The notes under the pieces: generated by a model
What the model was told of the DNA's origin: nothing
Seen by the model: only the letters and a program-made list of their open reading frames with translations
Database searches by the model: none
Shown here: positions 58,601 through 64,000 of the stretch, one piece after another
Layout: every line of letters begins with the position of its first letter
How positions within the stretch are numbered: the first letter of the stretch is position 1
Position numbers and translations under genes: made by a program
Source: Clostridia bacterium
Lineage (GTDB): Bacteria > Bacillota > Clostridia > UBA1212 > UBA1255
Length of the DNA: 64,000 bases
Assembly (NCBI GenBank): GCA_017935905.1
Contig: JAGBGO010000064.1
Coordinates: forward strand, 28,596-92,595
Direction of reading: 5' to 3'

Positions 58601-60279
58601 ACACCACGATAGAAGAATTTTTGCAATTTATTTGGGTAAACAGTGATGACTGTCATTATGAATTTTTTTATACGCACGCTGTTAGAACAAAAAAAATAGA
58701 AAGCACGCAAGTTCTTTCCTGTAAGTACGAGCTGCATTTATATAATGCGGACAGGACGTATGGTGTAATATACACATTCCCTGATTTGCCCCTTGATTAT
58801 GATTCGAAATTTAATGTAGGTGGTCTGGGTAATTTGTTGGATACGAGTATAGAAACAGATAAGGTAATGATTATGCCGGAGTTTGTGAAACGTGTATACT
58901 CATCAAAACGTTATAATTATGTGGAAAAGTTGGTTACATCTGCTAACATCGAAGGATATTTGGGTACATCCTCGTTCCCAAATGTTAATGAAGTTGTTTT
59001 GCAAGAGGGTTGTACAGCTGTATATTACGCCGCATTTGCTTCTTGCAAAAATTTAGTGTCAGTATCTTTACCGGGCACTTTGACAACTATTGGACGTGAG
59101 GCTTTTGAAGATTGTATATCATTGAAAACAATATCTTTACCTCATTCACTTGTTACTATCGACTATGGAGCTTTTGAAAATTGTACAAGTTTAAGAGAAA
59201 TTGTGATCCCGGCTTCTGTTAAGAAAATTGGAAATTATGCATTTACTTGTCATAGTGACTTTCTGCAGATTACGTATTTAGGTACACGCGAACAATGGGA
59301 TCAAATTGATTTTGGTTCGTACGATTGGGAATCCGATATCGGTGATCGCATTACTTTCGCCGGCACCGGTGTCTATCAAGAAGTGCCTGAATTTAAGTTT
59401 ACGGCAGCGTCTCTTACGCTGTATGACAATCTTGAGTTAAATTACAAGGTTGATCGACGGTTGTTTGAGCATGCGGGTTATGTACAACCTTACGTGGAAT
59501 TTACTTTTAACAATGAGGTTACTTACGTTTCGGAGTATACGACAGATGGCGATTACTACGTGTTTAATTTCCCCGATATCTCACCGGAGAAGATGAACGA
59601 TAAAGTATATGCAACCTTGTATGCAAGAAATCGCGGTGTCTTATATAACACTGAATTATCTGAGTATAGCGTAGCTACTTACTGTTATAATACTTTAATG
59701 AACTATTCCGGAGATGAATATGCAGAACTGCGCACGCTTTTAGTGGATCTGTTGAACTATGGCGCGCAAACGCAGCTTTATACCAATTATAAAACAGGAA
59801 AGCTCGCGAATGCTTCACTTACCGATGCGCAAAAAGCATGGGCTACAGTTTCCGCACCTAAACTTGAAACGGTATTAGATAAAGAATATACAACTATTGA
59901 AAATCCGTCTGTCGATTGGCTTGGTGCCGGTTTGAATTTGCAGAATTCCATTACACTTCGTTTTAAAATCGCAAAGACGGATCTTGATGGATTGAAAGTA
60001 AAAGTCACGTGTTCTTCCGGTACTTGGTGGATTGACAGTAGCTTGTTTGAAGAAACCACAGATGGCTATTACATTTATTTCAGTTGTATGGATGCTTCAC
60101 AGCTCCGTGAAACACTTTACTTGACGGTGTATAAGGATAATACCGTAGTAAGTAATACGATTCGATATAGCATTGCTTCTTATGTTTATTCAAAACAAGA
60201 TACGGAAGATGCGAAATTATATAATTTGTTAGAAGCTATGATGAAATACGGCGATTCTGCGTACGCATATACGCATTAA
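55690..60279 (+). CDS. Giant secreted multidomain protein (1529 aa): an N-terminal M6 (immune-inhibitor-A-like) zinc metallopeptidase domain, a long central region of unknown function and C-terminal BspA-type LRRs
   Basis: Signal peptide. The HExxH motif TVLHESGHLLGLPDYY (nt ~56545) resembles M6 HExxHxxGxxD. The C-terminal LRR units are ...EGCTAVYYAAFASCKNLVSVSLPGTLTTIGREAFEDCISLKTISLP... SD aaggag upstream. Confidence 0.65.
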   Translation: MRKTKLLSFVLVVMLVLAYCAPITSVFEQRNTVQKPYAVDMDDPFYANHVSNSVTPESSSQDQMQLTPVDGLSPEMAEQYEADGSIAERQTYMTSIETANKPYYSVFKTDYAVNVSNIANIIPSTNPANMPTKGNANVLVFLVEFPDALHPETDTVEKADDVFFGEEDSLKSFYYKSSYQQLTIDGDVQNWYMAAHERDYYVQNGIGTLYTEVLDAFDATLDYSDYDADNNGYMDGLYLHFTGDNSGWGSTWWSYVTYLFNKTYDGISVGSRACLLHTLDVSTVLHESGHLLGLPDYYSYTIKGIAGNYNWVGSDDAMIAGKGDHNAVSKMLLGWIEQVNVYTKNGSYELQNFAETGDVALVYPFGESSGDSFIVLEKSDGMLGTSVLKAFRVNAATQETLSGEPYYIHSNMYGEVPFVELIAELSAGDAITPYDDRSSTHYYNEKTNDNTFSGITISVDDHGLKKDSVTFDLLIEMVPSVVEPPIVHTSVGINQITATIDYSVPFSINTDIVPYLVDENGQKIAKMSVKAIYTENGGYYLEKASCVLRVASYQEWGFDGKNEIIVGSDQDYLLQPGKKYTIAIPEGAFRTVMGDIEAFTIDIVADDTAVQDFNYQKVTTFDRCSEYITLADGRVAYAYVDGSSTRSLKLAILDTDMTLTEYTLVESGMLGYVGICQLSDESICVSAQKSNGITMFYKFSLDTYSVEKYISANADLGSWMVHRATKDGFYFVRDDNRYNLYYIDNNLESITNVKEKIPTSDRFYVVDENIILNTRLANSTTELFELYDKEGTLLVKNEIPVFFNEKKILDIDTDGKDVFVAYYDIALEKYGVLILNTQLEKKAYCVLNFAAQPCHQSGKFEFKCLDDGYYFSYAYIRQYNPKGIVGMFNTENYEQGILMDSMFNVKSIFDVSYTASAAVLGKTQKQYVVGDEYGYYVVDCDLTATQNSVVLESDVYDIDNNNYTITKVPENTTIEEFLQFIWVNSDDCHYEFFYTHAVRTKKIESTQVLSCKYELHLYNADRTYGVIYTFPDLPLDYDSKFNVGGLGNLLDTSIETDKVMIMPEFVKRVYSSKRYNYVEKLVTSANIEGYLGTSSFPNVNEVVLQEGCTAVYYAAFASCKNLVSVSLPGTLTTIGREAFEDCISLKTISLPHSLVTIDYGAFENCTSLREIVIPASVKKIGNYAFTCHSDFLQITYLGTREQWDQIDFGSYDWESDIGDRITFAGTGVYQEVPEFKFTAASLTLYDNLELNYKVDRRLFEHAGYVQPYVEFTFNNEVTYVSEYTTDGDYYVFNFPDISPEKMNDKVYATLYARNRGVLYNTELSEYSVATYCYNTLMNYSGDEYAELRTLLVDLLNYGAQTQLYTNYKTGKLANASLTDAQKAWATVSAPKLETVLDKEYTTIENPSVDWLGAGLNLQNSITLRFKIAKTDLDGLKVKVTCSSGTWWIDSSLFEETTDGYYIYFSCMDASQLRETLYLTVYKDNTVVSNTIRYSIASYVYSKQDTEDAKLYNLLEAMMKYGDSAYAYTH

Positions 60280-60291
60280 GAAAGGAGAATA

Positions 60292-60429
60292 ATGATGGAA
60301 AAAAATACATTTTGCGAACCGGAAATGGAATTGATTCTGTTTGAGTGTGACGTGATTACTACCAGTGGTGGTCAAAGCGGCAACACGGGTAGTTCGGGGG
60401 GCGTTGTACTTCCGGACGACATTTGGTAA
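60292..60429 (+). CDS. Small ORF (45 aa) not in the ORF track: MMEKNTFCEPEMELILFECDVITTSGGQSGNTGSSGGVVLPDDIW. Possible leader-type peptide with Gly-Gly motifs.
   Basis: Strong SD aaaggaga 4-11 nt upstream. Sits directly downstream of the giant protease gene and is followed by an intrinsic terminator. Confidence 0.35.
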   Translation: MMEKNTFCEPEMELILFECDVITTSGGQSGNTGSSGGVVLPDDIW

Positions 60430-60447
60430 GATTTTTCAAACATACAA

Positions 60448-60491
60448 GGTGGGTATAGAAGTGAATTTCGCTTTTATACCCGCCTTTTTTC
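60448..60491 (+). terminator. Intrinsic terminator (10-bp stem with one G-U pair, followed by TTTTTT)
   Basis: ggtgggtata...tatacccgcc followed by tttttt. Confidence 0.65.
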
Positions 60492-60719
60492 TTCCATTTT
60501 ACCCTCATCCATGCTATAATACCCTCGTTGGACAACCCCACAAAGGAGTACATCTATGCTGGTATGTCTTGATATTGGTCTTTGGCAAATACCGCCCTTG
60601 GATTGCCTTGGAATCGGCGGTGATTTTTATTCAAAGACAGTTTGGGCGCCATTGATCGGAATGTCACGCTGATGATTGCTGGTGCGATGGGTGTTCTACG
60701 GTTAAGAAAGGAGTCGCGT

Positions 60720-61451
60720 ATGATTCGTTATGAAATTGAAGGCGGCAATTTGCCGGTTGTGATTTGCTATCCCGAGGAAGGGCAAACCCTTTGTACCCAA
60801 AGCGGTGCTATGAGCTGGATGAGTCCCAATATGGAAATGGAAACTCATGCAGGCGGCGTGGGGAAGGCCTTTGGCAGAATGTTTTCCGGGGAATCTATTT
60901 TTTTGAATGAATACACGGCGCGAGGCGGCAGCGGCATGATCGCCTTTGCCTCCGCTTTTCCGGGCTCTATCATTCCGTATCAGGTGACGCCGGGAAACAG
61001 CATCGTGGTGCAAAAGCGGGGCTTTCTGGCTATGGAGAAAGGTCTGGATTTGTCCGTGTTCTTCCAAAAACGGTTCGGTGCCGGCTTGTTCGGCGGCGAG
61101 GGTTTTATTATGCAGAAAGTTTCCGGGGACGGAATGGTGTTCCTGGAGATTGATGGCTCCTGTAAAATGCTGGAATTGAAAGCAGGGGAGAGCATTTTGA
61201 TCGACACCGGCTATTTGGCGGCTATGAGCGAAAGTTGCTCCATGGAAATTCAAACGGTAAAAGGTTTAAAGAATAAATTCTTTGGCGGTGAGGGTTTCTT
61301 CAACACCCGCGTTACCGGTCCCGGCAAAGTGTACTTACAGTCTATGCCTCTTTGTCAGACAGCGCAAGCCCTGTCTCCCTATTTGGAAATTCCCTCGGGA
61401 GATGATGATCACCACAACGGAAAAGGCGGTTTCAGTATCCGGTTAGGATGA
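60720..61451 (+). CDS. TIGR00266/AIM24 family protein
   Basis: Starts MIRYEIEGGNLPVVI and carries glycine-rich beta-repeat motifs (FGAGLFGGEGFIMQKVSG, FFGGEGFFNTRVTGPGKVYLQS). SD aagaaaggag upstream. Confidence 0.65.
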   Translation: MIRYEIEGGNLPVVICYPEEGQTLCTQSGAMSWMSPNMEMETHAGGVGKAFGRMFSGESIFLNEYTARGGSGMIAFASAFPGSIIPYQVTPGNSIVVQKRGFLAMEKGLDLSVFFQKRFGAGLFGGEGFIMQKVSGDGMVFLEIDGSCKMLELKAGESILIDTGYLAAMSESCSMEIQTVKGLKNKFFGGEGFFNTRVTGPGKVYLQSMPLCQTAQALSPYLEIPSGDDDHHNGKGGFSIRLG

Positions 61452-61477
61452 GGGAATTGTAAAAAAATTTTGAATAC

Positions 61478-61506
61478 TTGACAAAGAATGTATTAAGTAA
61501 TATCAT
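61478..61506 (+). promoter_or_regulatory. Sigma-A promoter: TTGACA, 17-nt spacer, TATCAT
   Basis: Seen in sequence upstream of the first gene of the SipW cassette. Confidence 0.5.
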
Positions 61507-61547
61507 ACCTTTTATGTGAATTTATATCACGTAGGAGGTATTTTTGT

Positions 61548-62132
61548 ATGAAGAAATTAAGCACATTAATCGTACTTGCGCTGATCGTCACAATCGGCGG
61601 CGTTTACGCAGCATGGCACTACAACCGCGGACAAGTTTCCTTGGAAATTTCCCGTTCTGCTACCATGGCTTCCATTCAGTCCGATACGTCCAAAGGAACG
61701 ATTTCCATTGACCAAACTGCAAACAGCGGCAATGGCAATACGTTAAAGTTCTTGGTGGACGATACCGGAACGATTGATTGGAAGGCAGATTTGGTTCCTT
61801 CCGGTTCCGTTTGGGTTAAATTTACCCCGGCAGCGAACGCCGACGCTACGGTCCAGGCAAACGGTATTAAGATGAAAGCCACCATTACCATTGGCGGTAC
61901 GCAGGAAACGTATGACGGAAAGAAGATTTTTACCGCTAAAGAGGGTGCGAATTCTTTCAACATCAACACGACCGCTTCTTTGGATTCTCAGCAAATTACG
62001 GCAGAACAAATTGCTGCATGCTTGAATTTCAATGAAGGCGCAGATATCGTTTTGGATACATACGATGACAACCTTGCGTACGAAACCGCAATGAAGACTT
62101 ATATCATCGTTATTACCATCAGCGAGGCATAA
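61548..62132 (+). CDS. Secreted TasA/camelysin-like SipW-cognate protein (194 aa)
   Basis: SD aggagg. Signal peptide ending ...GGVYAAWHYNRG, similar to the TasA/CalY ...GGGTWAAFND class. Encoded immediately upstream of a SipW-type signal peptidase. Confidence 0.5.
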   Translation: MKKLSTLIVLALIVTIGGVYAAWHYNRGQVSLEISRSATMASIQSDTSKGTISIDQTANSGNGNTLKFLVDDTGTIDWKADLVPSGSVWVKFTPAANADATVQANGIKMKATITIGGTQETYDGKKIFTAKEGANSFNINTTASLDSQQITAEQIAACLNFNEGADIVLDTYDDNLAYETAMKTYIIVITISEA

Positions 62133-62146
62133 GACAAATGATTTGG

Positions 62147-62187
62147 CAGCGCGTGTGCTTTTTAGAGCCCATGCGCTGCTTTATATT
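62147..62187 (+). terminator. Probable partial terminator between the first cassette gene and sipW
   Basis: gcagcgcgtg...catgcgctgc hairpin followed by TTTATATT. Confidence 0.4.
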
Positions 62188-62192
62188 GAATT

Positions 62193-62978
62193 ATGAAAAG
62201 TTACGACGTATACAATTTAATTTTGTGTTTGATCGTTTTCACGGCCCTTACAGCCCTGTTCTCTTATTTAATCGTACGCATCCTGAAACTCACACTGCAG
62301 GCGATTGAAGGGGGACTTCAAGATGAACACATTATAGAAGAATATCATAAGCAAAAGAAAAGAAAGGAATCCCCTGTGATCCGCGTATTGGACCGGGTGT
62401 TTCCTGTTTTTGTATGCATCCTTTTGGGTGTTGCTTTATGTTTCTCTTTGTATACAAAATTTACGGAGAATAACAAGGCGGGAAGCATTCCTACCCTGAA
62501 AGTGGTAGAAACCGGTTCTATGGAATACAAACACAAAGACAACGTGTACTTGTATGAATATAATCTGGATGACCAGTTTGCTATGTTTGACTTGATCGTA
62601 TTGCATCCCTTGCCTAAAGAAGAAGATTTGAAATTATTTGATACTGTTGTCTATAAAATCAACGGCTATTATATTGTGCACCGCATTGTGGATATTGAGG
62701 AACCCAATGAAAAACATCCCAATGAACGTTGGTTCGTGTTACGAGGCGATGCCAACAAACAGGCGGATGATTTTCCGGTTCGCTACAGCCAGATGGTGAG
62801 TATTTATAAAGGCGAGCGCGTACCTTTTGTGGGTTCCTTCGTAGTCTTTATGCAATCTCCCGCGGGTATGCTTTGCTTCCTTTTGGTGGTGTTTGCGGTT
62901 ATTTCTATGCCCATTGTGGACAAGAAGGTATCTCGTGCGAAGAAGGACCGCCTGGCAGTTTTGGGGGTAACACAATGA
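62193..62978 (+). CDS. sipW: Signal peptidase I, archaeal/ER type (SipW-like), with an N-terminal two-TM extension
   Basis: ETGSME (Ser box), YIVHRIV (His box) and LRGDAN (GDNN-like box), preceded by ~85 extra residues with two TM segments. Confidence 0.65.
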   Translation: MKSYDVYNLILCLIVFTALTALFSYLIVRILKLTLQAIEGGLQDEHIIEEYHKQKKRKESPVIRVLDRVFPVFVCILLGVALCFSLYTKFTENNKAGSIPTLKVVETGSMEYKHKDNVYLYEYNLDDQFAMFDLIVLHPLPKEEDLKLFDTVVYKINGYYIVHRIVDIEEPNEKHPNERWFVLRGDANKQADDFPVRYSQMVSIYKGERVPFVGSFVVFMQSPAGMLCFLLVVFAVISMPIVDKKVSRAKKDRLAVLGVTQ

Positions 62979-63958
62979 AGTACGTGAAATCCTTAATTGC
63001 CTTTTTACTGGTTGCGATTATTGCAGTTACTTGCTTTTGCACCAAGAACCTACGTGCAGCGTGGCACTATGCCATGAGCGTTTCCGGCAGCATTGAAGTT
63101 CCTATGAGCGTGGAAGTGTTCCCTTGGGTGGGTGCTGACCAACTTCCCGGCGACGTGGCAGGAGAGGATCACCAAGCCCTCATTGAAGCAATTTTGAACG
63201 GTACGTATACGGATGCGAATGGTACCATTACCCAAATCGGATTAAACAATCCGGATTCCTATATCAACAATGAAATTCAAAACCGCGCTGACGGAAATTT
63301 CCTGTTCCGCTCCGATATATTAGGCAGCATGGACTTCTGGGAGCGCAATGATATCAATAAATTCTTTAACACGAATACAACCGGTTTGTCTTTCTTGCTG
63401 TATTTTCCGGAAGGACAAAGCGATATTTATTATTTATATACGACCAGTATTGATTTGGGGGAAAACACGCCCAACATTCCTGTGGGCGAGAAGATTTATC
63501 CCGTTTATCGCACGGAACTGCATTTAGAAGAAGACGGTGTGTGGCGTGCCAAAGAAACAAAGACCGGCTATGCTACGTCTGCATACTATCAGAACCCCAT
63601 TACCGGTTCCTGGCTGCTGAAATATCCGTCTGTGAATCCGGATAGCTGGGTAGAAGGGAATTTGGGTACTTCCAACGAAGACGCCGTATACGCCTATATT
63701 GGACAAACGACTACGGCGTACAATCAAACCCCGACGACGCCCAAATATTATAAGATTACGGCAAGTGCAAACGCGACGGTTAAAGTCAGCAGTGACAACG
63801 ATCAAGCGATTCTTCGCGTATATAACGGGCAGATGAGTTTAATCAGCACAAGTGCAGGGGCACAAGGTACAAATTCCGTATCTTTCAGAGCTTCTAAAAA
63901 TGCGACTTACTATATCCAGGTTTCCGGCGATACCAGCGTCACGTTTAGCATTCAGTAA
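62975..63958 (+). CDS. Second secreted SipW-cognate protein (327 aa)
   Basis: Its ATG overlaps the sipW stop (ATGA). Signal peptide ...VTCFCTKNLRAAWHYAMS shares the AAWHY motif with the first cassette protein. Confidence 0.5.
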   Translation: MKYVKSLIAFLLVAIIAVTCFCTKNLRAAWHYAMSVSGSIEVPMSVEVFPWVGADQLPGDVAGEDHQALIEAILNGTYTDANGTITQIGLNNPDSYINNEIQNRADGNFLFRSDILGSMDFWERNDINKFFNTNTTGLSFLLYFPEGQSDIYYLYTTSIDLGENTPNIPVGEKIYPVYRTELHLEEDGVWRAKETKTGYATSAYYQNPITGSWLLKYPSVNPDSWVEGNLGTSNEDAVYAYIGQTTTAYNQTPTTPKYYKITASANATVKVSSDNDQAILRVYNGQMSLISTSAGAQGTNSVSFRASKNATYYIQVSGDTSVTFSIQ

Positions 63959-64000
63959 TCATTGTGAAGATAGGAAGATGTGCAAAGCAATGGCGCATGT

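Noticed and set aside
60365-60655. 96-aa ORF spanning the peptide-gene terminator and leader region
   Set aside because: It runs through an intrinsic terminator and promoter-like elements, and it has no SD and a hydrophobic, low-complexity translation.

Overview
This is a 64-kb chromosomal window from a spore-forming Firmicute (Clostridia-like); GC is about 50% in the first 51 kb and clearly lower from about 51.0 to 60.3 kb. Coding density is high, and most of the first 48 kb is conserved housekeeping. Genes present, in order:
- metG 3' end, an aldose-1-epimerase-like gene, and an NlpC/P60 lipoprotein.
- A minus-strand operon: zapA, U32 peptidase, dut, ispF, ECF S component, nitroreductase.
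- A small Cys-rich ORF followed by cysK.
- rny, ymdB, spoVS, and the dipicolinate synthase genes dpaA-dpaB.
- The conserved cluster priA-def-fmt-rlmN-stp(PP2C)-prkC(PASTA kinase)-rsgA-rpe, with no rsmB between fmt and rlmN.
- An aminotransferase, a TSCPD protein, an MFS transporter, a type III glutamine synthetase, an alpha/beta hydrolase, and a transglutaminase-like lipoprotein.
- A PHP phosphatase followed by an ECF T/AA/S transporter module.
- Two tandem polar-amino-acid ABC transporter operons.
- A GT8 glycosyltransferase fused to a PlsC-type acyltransferase, next to a CrtO-like membrane acyltransferase.
- A P-loop kinase next to pnuC.

The last 16 kb is accessory-like:
- A minus-strand operon encoding a zinc-ribbon/TM/Thr-Pro-repeat/LRR surface protein, an XRE-HTH protein and a TM-less Ser/Thr kinase.
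- An AT-rich island with a 969-aa secreted protein, an LRR lipoprotein and a 1529-aa M6-like HExxH metalloprotease-LRR protein.
- A 45-codon peptide gene with a double-glycine-like motif, an AIM24/TIGR00266 gene, and a SipW-type signal peptidase flanked by two secreted proteins that share an AAWHY motif at the signal-peptide boundary.

I found no rRNA, tRNA, CRISPR array, transposase or integrase. Several sigma-A-like promoters, intrinsic terminators and intergenic repeat elements are annotated. All calls rest on motif and architecture recognition by eye; no searches were run.
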